A DNA stretch of 64,000 bases, from assembly GCA_051294375.1 (NCBI GenBank), contig CM119268.1, positions 21,658,010 through 21,722,009 of the forward strand, in the 5' to 3' direction. The DNA is from Paraspadella gotoi. Lineage: Eukaryota; Animalia; Chaetognatha. Of the stretch, positions 13,190 to 25,700 are shown piece after piece. Within the stretch, counting starts at the first letter, position 1. Each line of letters opens with the position of its first letter. The notes under the pieces were generated by a model. The model saw only the letters and a program-made list of their open reading frames with translations, had not been told where the DNA came from and did not search any database. The position numbers and the translations under genes were made by a program.

Positions 13190-16100
13190 TTCTCTCTCAG
13201 AAAATATGCATGTTAATTTTCAATGTTTTATCCACAAAAACCGGTTAAGCTACTATATAATTAAACTGATATTTTTAGTAAAATTTTTTTGTAGGAGCCC
13301 TAATGTCATTCATGATTGCGATGAAGAATTTATTGAAAGGCTGACCAAGCTTCAGGTGAATAAAACCTTTGACCACAATTTGTGAAAACTTATTTAATGT
13401 AAAAAGTTTATTTAAGAAAAAAAACCACAGGCCTAATGAAGAAGAGATGAACATGCTAAAAATTTTAAGCACGCTGCTGATCAAAGAATCTCATGAACAC
13501 ATTGCGGTGATGTTAAAAGGTTAGCTCTTTTAATAGAATGGCTTCATCTTATGTAGGGAATTGCAATGAAAATTTATAAATATAAATAATCAATTGTTTA
13601 AGTAACATAAAATTTGTATAATTTTCATGTCATTATTAAACATTAGAACTTAACATTTTTTAGTTGCGCCGCGAGTACTCGCGGAGCAACTCTATAACTT
13701 ACTTTTCGGTCAGTCGGTCGGTCTGGCGTTTGGTCGGTATGTCTGTCCATCGGTATGTCCCACTTACGTTAAAAATTTATTAATTCGCCTATTCGGCTAT
13801 ATTTGGTTCCTCATTGGTTAAGACAGAAAAAACCTCAAATCTAAGGGACTGCTATTGCTACCTTCATGAAATCCTAAAACTATAAGTAGGGGTAGCCGCA
13901 ATCAATGTGGTGAGTCAAAAATTTAGAGTGAGTACATGCTAAAAAAAATATATACATTTTTAAGTATACTTTCAATGGATAAAAAATTTCTTATATGGCT
14001 GTATACCCTAGTAATTATTTTTTAAATATTTATTTATAGATTAGAAAGGCTAATAATTTTTTTGGGAAATTTTAAATTTTAAAACCCGATTTAAATAGCT
14101 CATAAAAAGTTGTCTACCCGAAGTATAATTCTTTTTTAAATATTGTTATGATAAGTAAGTCAAAAATAAGAAAAACCATAAAAAATTGTTATCATCATCC
14201 TCTTTCATTGATTTTATTAGTTTTTTTAGATTTTTACTTTGAAAATGTAAGAATTTTTAAAAATTTTAGTTATATTTCTTGTTTAACTTTTTATTCTATC
14301 AGAATCCATCAAAAAAATTTAAGATTTTTTTTATATATAGTAATATAATAATTTTAATTAAGCGTGTACCCTCAGTAAAAAGTTTTTTTTTTTTATTTTT
14401 TATTACTATAATCTATGCTCCTGATAGATTATTTTAACGCTGTATATACATTAGCATTTAATTTTCATCGGCTATGTCTACTATAAGAAATAAAAGTGTA
14501 TGTCATAAATACAAGGGCTAAAAAGTTTTTTGCTCATGTAATGTCATGTGATACCATATGATCAAAGGGAAATACAGGTGAAAATAAAGTCACTGCGACG
14601 CAACACATTAGAATCACTGTTCTTGTTAAGTAATGTAAGGCTTATGTATCATCTACTCAATTTTTAATATTACAGTTATTTTTGTTTGAATTTTTGCCTA
14701 AAGGTTGTGGTCGTTCTTTAATGGAAATTCAAGATGCTGAGAAGGTTAATACTTATTTTCGGCATCCCTCTAGAAAAAAGTTATACCGCTGCATGCATAA
14801 AGTATTTGGATCAAGATTATGTTGGGTGGCACCAAATGAAAAAGCAGGACTGATCATTCAAATTCATCGTGGTTAGTCATCTCTAAGTTTACTTTGACCC
14901 TCATTTTTTAAAAAATTTAAACAAGTAAAAGTAATGTTTTGTTCCAACTAGGGCAGCCAGTTTGAATTTAGTCAGGCCACAGATTCAAAACCACCTGTAA
15001 AAATTTTATAATAAAATGAAACAGCTTAAAAAAAACTTATTACTAGGCACACTGGAATTCTCTGGAGCGCAAAGCTAATAAAAATAATTTAAACCTTTTA
15101 AACATGGGGGAAAAAACAATTAGAAATACTAATTTCAACAAGAAACTTATTATTTTTAGCAATCAATATTAAAAGTGGAGGAATGCTTCCAGCTTATGTT
15201 GCAAGCATAAAAAGACCTACTGTACAATATAAATGGTTGAAAAATAAAAGTTTTCCACATGTAAGTATTTGTTGTCAAAATTATTATTATACATTATTTT
15301 TTTATAATTATCAATTTAATACCAACCTAAACACAGAGTTAAATTATATTACACATTTTTACTATTAATTTATTTTAGGGTGTTGGAGATACTGTATTAC
15401 CTGAAAATACTTCGAGCTTATGCCTTCCATTTATTCAAGACAATAATGTTCTTGGTGTCTTTGAACTTCTCCGCTTTAAAGGTAAAATATGAAACATTTC
15501 TAATTAATGCATAGATATATTTCAAAAATATTTTTAAAAAAATTATCTGAAGAAAAATCAAACATCAAAACATCAAAATTTTTAATCGGATCTGCTTGTC
15601 AACAGATCCCGACTCTATAATTCACTTTGTCGGTCCGTCGGTCCGCCCCCTCAATATTGTCGGGCACTCACTTATATCATGTCAGAACATCGAATTATGA
15701 TAAATTATGCAAAAAAATGATGTCCGTCCGTCATGCTCATAAGTGGATGGGGCGATTGACCTGGAATTTAGTATGTGGGTAGGAAAGTGTTGTGAATAAG
15801 CTGGAAATAAAGTTTTGATGGAAAGTTTTGAGTGGAAATGAAATTAAATGGAAAAAACAAAAACCTGTTTCACTAATTGATTATGCTTTTTTTTCCTTTT
15901 ATAGTAAATGTAATGGTAAGAAGTATTAATTAATCAAATAGTTAATCAGTTAATTAATCAATTAGTCAATTAATTAATCAATAATTAATTAATCAGTCAA
16001 TCAATCAAGTCATTTGTTATCAGCATTATTCTCATCGTTGTCATTGCTTTTGTCGTAGTTAGTGACAAATTAATTAATTAATTGCCTAATTAATTAATTA

Positions 16101-16704
16101 ACTTGAATTTTTTAAATATTAATTAATTAATTATCGATAATGATCGTGGGCAGATCCGACATTGTTTGCTCAAACTTGTTTAAAATTCTTTTTGAGTAAT
16201 AATTATTAAATTGAAGTTGTAATTACATAAGGTAAAGAATGAAAAAACCATTGAGAAGCCAAGTAAACGGTAATTGATTCGATCAGCAGGCAAAAAAAAA
16301 ACTTCATTTCCCAGATTTTTCGGAATTTAAAGAACTGGATAAATGTCTGGCTCAGGAACTTCTTGGTTTAACCCAGGCGGCGATCAATCTAAGCATTCAA
16401 AACAGTCATATTAGGAAATCCATTGCTTCTCATATGACGAAAGACCTCTTTATGCTTCAGTACAATTTTCTGGCACAAACGTACACTGTTGACGATATCT
16501 TGAAAAGAATACCTTTGATGCTGAATGAAATATTACATGCGGAAAAATGTTACGTCGTTTTATTTAGGTAAAATATTAATTAATATTAATTTTTATTTAT
16601 TATAATTCATTATTAGGTAATGACTAAGGTTCTCGTTGTTTGGCGATATTGACCCCAACTGTCAATCCCACCAGGGATGATTTAGACGGAAGTCCTGTTT
16701 CAGG

Positions 16705-16791
<87 letters not shown>

Positions 16792-19700
16792 TAATAAGAT
16801 TGGGCGAGGGACTAGCGAGGGACATTTGGGATTATAGTTGGGGCTTGGCGTGAGACGGGAGGCAAAGGTTAGGGCCAGGGAAGAGTCTTTCTGGGGATTT
16901 TGTTATTTGCAATGACATGAATAAATAAAAGAAATATTTTTGCCAGGGACAATGAAATGATCCTTCACTACACTGAAAAAGGCAAAATGAAAACTGTCAC
17001 TGGCCCGTTAGTTCGGAAAGGATTGTTTTTGCAAACCGCCATGAGTAACAAAATCATAAATATTAAATTGCAACTGGAACAAATTTTGTCTCAAGCAAAT
17101 CGTTTTATTTGGGATCATGTTGTCAAGAAAGATTTAAGTCCCGAATCATTTAAATTGAATCGATTTAATTTCTTGATACATCCCGTTGTAGTGGAAGTGA
17201 AGCCAGAAGAAACCAAGTAAACTATTTTCTTAAAGCATTAAATTAAATTCTGTTATATTTAAAAAGACAACTTAGTTAAAAAATTATATAGAATTTTTTT
17301 TGTCGTAATTAAATATGGTTGTCAATAGTTATCGGTTATCATGATCAAAAAAGTCCCTTCGATCAGTGTTTCTCTGACACTAAGTCGAAAATTATATCAT
17401 AAAGATCCCCAATAAGATAATAAATTTCTTTGTAATTTTTAACTTTCCTTTTAAGTTGCAATAAAAAAAAACGTTTTTACAAATCGACATAATAAGATTC
17501 ATAGTGGGCCATGTCGGATTTATAGAGGAGTATGGCAACAGCCGGGTTGCCTGTGATGCCTATTGGGATGGGGGATCTCACTGTTGGCTTTGGGGGCTTC
17601 CAACCCTCAGCGACGCATCCAGTCACTGGCGCTGTTACCCTAGGACGGTCTCGCTTTGCCAACGCAGAGGGAAGTCGTTAGGATTTGGCTGAATGATGGT
17701 GGACGTGAGGCGGTGTGAATATACCGCCACAGGATCCCCAGGCAAAGACATCACTCAGGTTCCTCAAGCCTGAGAGGTATCTGACAAGACTGTTACCATA
17801 GTGGGAGAGGGAGAAAGAGTGCGAGTTGTGGGGACATAGGCGTTTGTCGTAGCGTGCCCCAGGGGCACAGGCATTTGTCGTAGCATACCCAAAGTTGGCA
17901 AGGCATAGGCGTTTGTTGTAGCGTACCCTGAGAAGGTTGCGTGTTCGAAAGAATGGCTCACCACTTATGGCAACAGCCGGGTTGCCTGTGATGCCGTTGG
18001 GATGGGGCTTTGGGGGCGTACGACCGTCTCTTTGCCAACGCATAGGGAAGTCGTTAGGACTGTGGATGGAACTCTACGCCTGGAATGGTGTGTTCCCCCT
18101 CTGAGCCTATGGATTTGGCTGAATGATGGTGGACGTGAGGCGGTGTGAATAAACCGCCACAGGAGCCTTATTTCAATTTTTACTTTTTTTTTCAGCCGTT
18201 ATAGGGAATCTTTAACATATGCAAGTTTTACACCGATTCACATACATAAGATCTACACGGAAAATAGTAAGAGAATGTGAGATAGGGGAAAGAGTTTTAT
18301 TTAGGGATAAGTTAAAATATGCTAAAATAAAATTAACCATCACTCCTTAATCTTTAAAGGTTTTAAGGAACACCAGGTTCTATGCGTTATTACAGCAGTT
18401 AATAAAAAAAATTGGAATAATGAATTTGATAATGATGACGAAAATTTAATGGAATGCATGGGAAATACCATGAGCAGTATTCTTCGAATTGCCAAATGCT
18501 CGTGTGATATTCAACGAAATGTCCAATTATTAGATCTGGCAGTGGAGGTCATGCAGTATCAGACAACTCCAACCCATGAGGAAATTGAACGAGCTTGCAT
18601 AAACTATCACGAGCACAAGAATTTGATTATTCCTGACTTTGAAGACGTTTCCGTGTATGCGTATGAATTCCCGAAACAAATCACGGTAGTCGTTCACCTT
18701 CTCGTTCAACTTCTGCATAAGTTTTCTATTCCACTAGAGAAAATAGTCAACTATACTCTTTCAGTACAGAAGCGAATTACTAAGGACAATCCTTATCACA
18801 ATCCAGACCGTTGGTTCATTGTCTCTCATGCAACCTTTGTTTGGTGCAACAAGTTTTGCCAAAGGTTTACTGAATGGGAGCGCATTTCTCTCTTTTTGGC
18901 AGCGAATATGACATGTGTTGGCCATCGCGGCTTGTCCAACAATGGCCTCCTGAAGCTGGGCGACCCTTTGATAAAACTCTTCCCCAAATCGCCCTATCAG
19001 AATCTGGCTTTTGAAATGTGTAGTGAATTGATAGTTGGACCTAATGGGCTATTCGACAATCTGAAACAGGAAGAAGGTGATGATCTTTTAAAAAGGATTA
19101 AAAGAATATTTCTTATGGAGGACATGGTTGAATTTGCGATGAAAAAACCATTTTACCATAACTTAAAGGTTTGTTATAGAAAGGATGAATGGAAATATAC
19201 AAATATTTTAGAAAAGGTTAACCATTTGTTGAATTTAATTGTTTAGGTGACTTAGGATTTTAATTAATTCTTATTGTAATATTCTTTACACGGATTTCAA
19301 ATTGAAGTGCAATGAAAAGATCAATTACTGTGTCTAAATCATTAGTTATTTTTATTTTTCACCCTTTTGAAAAAAATTACTGACATTTTTTTTATTTTTA
19401 GTCGGATCTGCTTATCGCAGATTCCAACTCTATGATCCACTTTGTCGGTCTGTCTGTCATTCACTTAAATCATGTCGGAACATCATGTCCGTCCGTCCGT
19501 CTGTTCCCCCTTCGCAAAAAACTCCAATTACTCATGATTGGATGATTTATGAATTTGAATTCTCTTCAGATCTAGACAAAAAAAATTTTAAACTTTGAAC
19601 CCCCTACTATCTCGCTTGCCTGTCTGATATTTTGATATTTGATATCCAGGCAAATATCTTTCATTCGAGCCCATGACAAGGTTTTTAGGCTAAATATTAT

Positions 19701-22700
19701 AGAAGCTGTGCTAAAATCAAAAAAGGATCTAAATTTTGTCTTACTATTTCCTTTTTTTGCAAAAAAAAATTATTATCCATCTTTGTTTTTTTTTGTTTTT
19801 TTTAACCATGAAAACTTTAAAACAGTTCAATCCCAAATAGAAAGCTGCAATTGTTTAGCTTTGGAAAGATATAGGATCGCCAGTTTCATTTCTTTCCTAC
19901 AGCCATCTGCAGAGTGGAGACCTTGGACTAGCTGTTGGAAGCAGGCAGCCTTGCATGTCCACTAGAGTGATGTGAAAATGAAAAAATTTTAGAAAATTAA
20001 AATTTAGCATATAAAACGTGAAAATAAAAACCATTAAAAATACTTCAGTTAATTTATTTGTTAATTTCATACATTAGTGGGCACCAGTGAGCTACATTTA
20101 TACATAGTAATAAGTATATAATGGCTAAAATTTCAAAATACAAATTTTTAAATTTTAAGATTGGATTTGGATTCCTTGTAAAAAGTTAAAATATGAAAGT
20201 ATAATTATTTTTTAAAAATTCTTTCATTAAGTTGGTCAAAAATCTAAAAAACTATATTTAAGATACCAATTTTTAATTTCGAGCTAAAAAATATAGTTTT
20301 TTATAATTTTAACCTACTTAATGACATAATTTTTGAAAAAGATTTATATTTTCTTTTAACAACTTTTAACAAGGAATCTGAATCTGTTCTCAGAATTTAA
20401 AAAAAACATTTTGAAATTTTGACATTATATAAGTGTAGTACTATATACAAAATAAGCTGACTGGGCTACTATATTTATGAAAAAAGAAAAATAACTATAG
20501 ATTAGTATTCACTAACATAATAGTTTTCAAGATATAACTGCTAAATTTTGATTCCAAACTTTCACTTCACTTTCACTTTCACGTCCACTAGCGCGGAGCA
20601 TAAATACAAGATATGATATATGACCTCTTGTGCCCCCTTAATTTTTTGAATTTGATATAATACTTCTATCGATTTAATAAAGCAATTTGATGCAAAAAAA
20701 TTTTAAAAAATGGTCAAATTTGACATCAAAGATAACTGGTTAAGTTCACTTTTGTTAGTGAAATATAACTAAAACAAAGAATTTAAACCAGTTTTCATCC
20801 ATAAAAATCTAAAAAAATATGTTTATATAAATATTAAGTGATTCTAAAAGATAAGTACTTTCATAAAAATTGCTAAAAATTAAGCCAAATGGAAAATAAA
20901 TCCGAGCTACATAACGCAGTCAAAATCCTATTTAAAGCTTATAAAAGCTTTTAGTAGCTACATTGAATTTTATACAGCTTGTAATAAGCTTTACCAAAAA
21001 AAATATTAGTTGACTTACCATACGCATTACCACTCTCCCTCCCTTCTTAAGATCGCTCTGACGAATCTTTCTTTTTTTTTATCAAAATGAAAAAAAATTC
21101 TTATGAAATATTGGTTAAATCGTTTTAAATAAGAACTATTCTATTAAAAATTAGTATAATTAATAATAAAAATAATGATAGCTACTACCATTTTTAGATC
21201 AGAGGTATTTTATGACCATTTTCCTTGTGATTATCCTTTCGTTTTGTTGCTGTATTTGATATTTGAAAGTTTTTACGACAATTTTTATTTCAATTTAAAA
21301 AGTACATGTTTCTGCTCTTGTACGAGCCTTCATCAGCGTTAACAGTTTTTGTAAATAATTTTGAACAATTGTGCAAAGAGAGAGAGAGAGAGAGAAAGAG
21401 AGGGCAAAGTAGAGAAAAGGATACTGGTCAGTTGTTAGGACAGGATAAGGTGAGGACAGATAGTTAATAAAAAGAAATTGAAATGGTGAGAGAGAGAGAG
21501 ACAGAGAGACATTAGTAGATAATACAAGATAAATTTTGTTGTAAATTGCACAATGTATTATCTACTAATGTCTTTCTCTCTCACCATTTCAATTTCTTTT
21601 TACCAACCAACTCTATCTGTCCTCACCTTAACCTGTCTCAACTGACCACTATCCTTTTCTCTACTCTGTGTTGGAAACTTGCCCTTTCTCTCTATCTCTC
21701 TCTCTCTCTCTCTTCTTTCTTTGCACAATTTTTCAAAAATATTCACAAAAACTGTTAACACTGAATAAGGCTCGTACAAGAGCCGAAACATGTATGTTTC
21801 AAATTGAAATAAAAATCGTTTTATAAACTTTCAAACGACTTCTAAGACCATTATCCTAAACTTTTGTTTAAAATTTTTTGACTCATTTTAGTCTTTATAA
21901 CAAGGATGTTAAGAATGTGGAACGACGTGGTCAGTTAATTATAAACAAATAATTTGGCAATATATACATTCAATTGTATCTTCTTCCTCTTTGATGCCCA
22001 TTCCCGACAACATAGTCACATTAATCACCAAATTTTTGCTCTCTGATGGTCTGCAGTTGGTTATGTCTTACGCCCTGGTCCCGGTCACCAATATTGTGCT
22101 TAAAAAGAAAGCTGTCTTTGCCAGCTTCCCTAATTTCTCTATCCCAGATCTCTGTATTGGCCAACCGTTGGTACTTTGTGCAATAAGGCGTAGTGAAAGT
22201 TACATACAAAAATTCTAAATGTCAATTATGAACAACATACCATCAGTGAATATTAATATGTAAAAAAATGAATTTTATGTGTTTTAATTTTCGCAAGTAG
22301 GCTATATTTATATATAGTACTATTGAAGAGGCTGGTTTTACAGGGCGCCACACCCGCACGGTGTCACCTCGTGGCGACAGCGAGACAGCATGTTCATGTA
22401 GTCCAGAGCTTTGGATCTGGCAGTAGGCCCATGCCTACAGGCGGGTTACCCGGTCCATCCCACTTTCTACATGAAACCTCAGGGCTCGAACCAGGGACGC
22501 ACATTGGGATGGTGCATTAGTCCACTGAACCACTGAGGCGCTGCGAAAGAAACAGCTTTAATCCATCTGTGGTAATAGGACACCAGACATCTTATAAAAT
22601 CAAAAAATTTCAAAATATGCTTTTCTTAATTTTGATTGCAGATTTGAATTCCTCGTCAAAAGTTGATAAAAGAAAATATAAATCATTTTTAAAAATTCTT

Positions 22701-25700
22701 CCATTAAGTGGGTTAAAAATTAAAAAAACTACATTTAATATATAAAAAGTTAATTTTCAGCTTAAAATATAGCTTTTTCTAATTTTTGACCCACTTTATG
22801 AAGGAATTTTAAAAAAGAGTTATATTTCTTTTCTATCAACTTTTATGACGAATCCAAATCTGCAAAAAAATTTTAGAAAAAACTGTTTTGAAATTTTAAA
22901 TATATTGGACTAGTACTAGTATAAATATGGCCTACTGCGTAAATTGTAAAATTTATTATAAATTTTTTATTACATAAATGTTTATTAGTATAATGTTGTT
23001 CATTCCTCACTTTTAGAATTTTAATTAAAGTTAAATTTAGAAATTTTACTATGCCTATTGGCAATACTCTTTGTACAGCTGCCCCTATACATTCAATCCA
23101 TTCAGCCCTCTCCTTTGATGGCCGAATTTGTTCACTCAATGAAAAATTAATTTCTTATTTTAATTATTAGATTTATTATTAGATTTATTATCAGAATTCA
23201 AAAGGATACAGTTAAGCACTTGTTGTCATTTAGCACCTCTAGTATCTCATGAATAGACAATGACAGAAGAAGACGATGACAAAGTCTTACCTAGAGATTA
23301 AGCCAAATAACTCTGATCTTTAAGTAATCATTTTCATTTACTTAATTTTATTGTTAATATCAGTTTTAGTTTTCGTCACTCTGTATTGCTTTAAAAGTGT
23401 TTTGTTTCATGCTTTTGTTTTTTATTCATTATATAATTTTTTAAAAAAAATAATAAAACAGAGTTTTTAACGTTTACAAACAATAAATTTTATAAATATT
23501 AAAAATATACCTCTGTTCTTATCTCAAATTCAATAAAAAAGAAGAAAAAAAGAATATCAAACTTGACTTAAAGGCAACAATAAAGTGAGGTAGTTACTGA
23601 GGGTGAAATGGCTGATACCTTTAATATATAACAGGATAATGTTTTACAATTTTATAATTCTTTTTATTTATATTAAAAAAGTTTTAAACAACATTTGACT
23701 AAATCCATAAATTCATTAGTTTCCTGATCGCCTAGTTTATTATTTTGCTTTATTTTTTATAGTTTAAAAAAATGAAAAACTTTATACAATATACATTAAT
23801 TAAAAATTAATATATAAAGTAACTTTTTACAAATGAAAACAGTTATATATCTAATTATTTCATATATATTTGATTAAAACTATCTGATTAACCATCTTTC
23901 CTATTTTTCAAATTTTTTTATATTTTTCCAAAAAATACAATTTTTAAATAGACATTGTTATGATTCTTTCTTTTCGTTGTGTTTAGAATTTAGGAAAAAA
24001 CAGTTTTTAATAGGCAACAACGATTATTGATTATTTATTATTGTAGATCGGACAAGTTTCGACTCTGTATTAAGAGTATTCTTCGCTGAAGTGAAGAAGA
24101 CTCTTAAAACTGTTTTTTCCTAAATTTTTAAATAATATTTAAACATTAATTAATACAAGTTTTTTAAATTTTTATAGTTGAAAACAGTTTTATATAATTG
24201 GATTTAGCTATAATATACTTAAATTAATAATACTTTTATTTTATTTCTAAATTTGCTATTTTTCCGATTTTTTGCATCTTATCACATTATAAAATCGATA
24301 GAACGGGAAAATTGGCCAAGCGAATTTTTGATTTTTTGATCTATTGATCTTTTGATCTTTTGATCTTACATGTGTTTCAAAAAATTAGGAGGGCACAAGA
24401 TGTCCTTTATCGTTTCTTGTATTTATACTCCGCGCTAATGTCCACGAAGAGCAAGGACGATGACCTGGAGAGTCTCGCAATTCAAGACTAAGGCTTCAGC
24501 AAACCAGTTGAGAAAAAAATGCAGAGAAGAAGAATTGTTACCAGTCATTTAACAGTGAATGGGCGGCTTTTCAGGAGGATAAAGCTCCTGGATACAAAGC
24601 CAAAGCGCCACAAAAATTTAATGAGGAAAATGGGATCAAGGTGCTCGAAGGTTGACCCAGAAACTCACCTGACTGCAACATCATCAAAAATGTCTGGTCG
24701 AGGATGAAAAGAGACATTTTGTAGTACAACACCATGACAGTCGACAAAATCAAAAATATTTTAAAACACATTTGGGGAGCTGAACCCTTCATATTTGCCC
24801 AGTAAGGCGTAGTGAAAGTTGCAGATCAAAATTCGAATAGTTAATCATGAACTATCTTGGACTAAAGAACATTGATATATAAAAAAAATTATTTTAAAAT
24901 TGCTTAATTTTCGCCTACGCCCATATTTATACATAGTACTTATCATAGAAAATGTTAAAATTTTAAAACTAAGTTTTCTTAGTTTTGAAAGCAGATTCGA
25001 ATTCCTTATAAAAAGTTGATAGAAGAAAATATAAATCTTAATCAAAAATTATTTTATTAAGTTAGCCAAAAATTTAAAAAAACTGAATTTTTATGCTAAA
25101 ATTTAATTATAGGTTAATAATAATAGTTTTTTATGATTTTGATCCACTTAATGAAATAATTATCTAAAAAGAGTTATAGTTCCTTTTATTAACTTTTCGT
25201 GGGGAATTTGAATCTGCTTTTAAAAATAAGAAAAAAACATTTTAAAATTTTCACATTTTCTATGGTGAGTACCATGTATAAATATGGGCGTATGCAAAAA
25301 TTGAAAAATAAAAATTAAATTTTTTTTATTTAAAAATGTTCACAGGTACAAGCCTGTTCGTGATCTACTATTCGAATTTTGATTCTATTTGATTTTAATA
25401 TTTTTGCTACGCTTTATTTCCCAGCCTCTTTGACTCTCCCTCGTCGCATGGAAGCGGTGCTGGAAGCAAATGATGGTCCGACAATGTATTAACTGAGTCC
25501 TAAAAAGTATCATTTTCCTTCAAATAACGAAATAAAATGCTTTTATCATAGCTATTAAACTTTTTTTGACCAGATATGAATAATTCACGGAATTCTCACA
25601 TTCAATCTTCACTCGGTCCATTGGTCCCACCCCAAAAGCTTGTCGGTATGACACTTAAATCATGTCAGAACATCAAAATATAATAAATTATGCAAAAAAA

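Larger units (their letters stand above)
21263..21835. mobile_element. Penelope-like element remnant: inverted pseudo-LTR pair
   Basis: Diverged inverted arms ~21263-21526 and ~21554-21835, each carrying a hammerhead motif and a (GA)n tract. Confidence 0.72.
20589..24437. mobile_element. 3.85-kb non-autonomous hAT element carrying nested insertions
   Basis: ~60-bp imperfect TIRs TAGCGCGGAGCATAAATACAAGA / TCTTGTATTTATACTCCGCGCTA; TSD ACGTCCAC/ATGTCCAC. Confidence 0.8.

Noticed and set aside
21990-23140. Captured PH-domain-like fragment (ERAEWIECIGAAV) in the hAT element
   Set aside because: After removing the MITE the frame reads VPTVGQYRDLG*, more like a decayed LINE RT end; too short to call.
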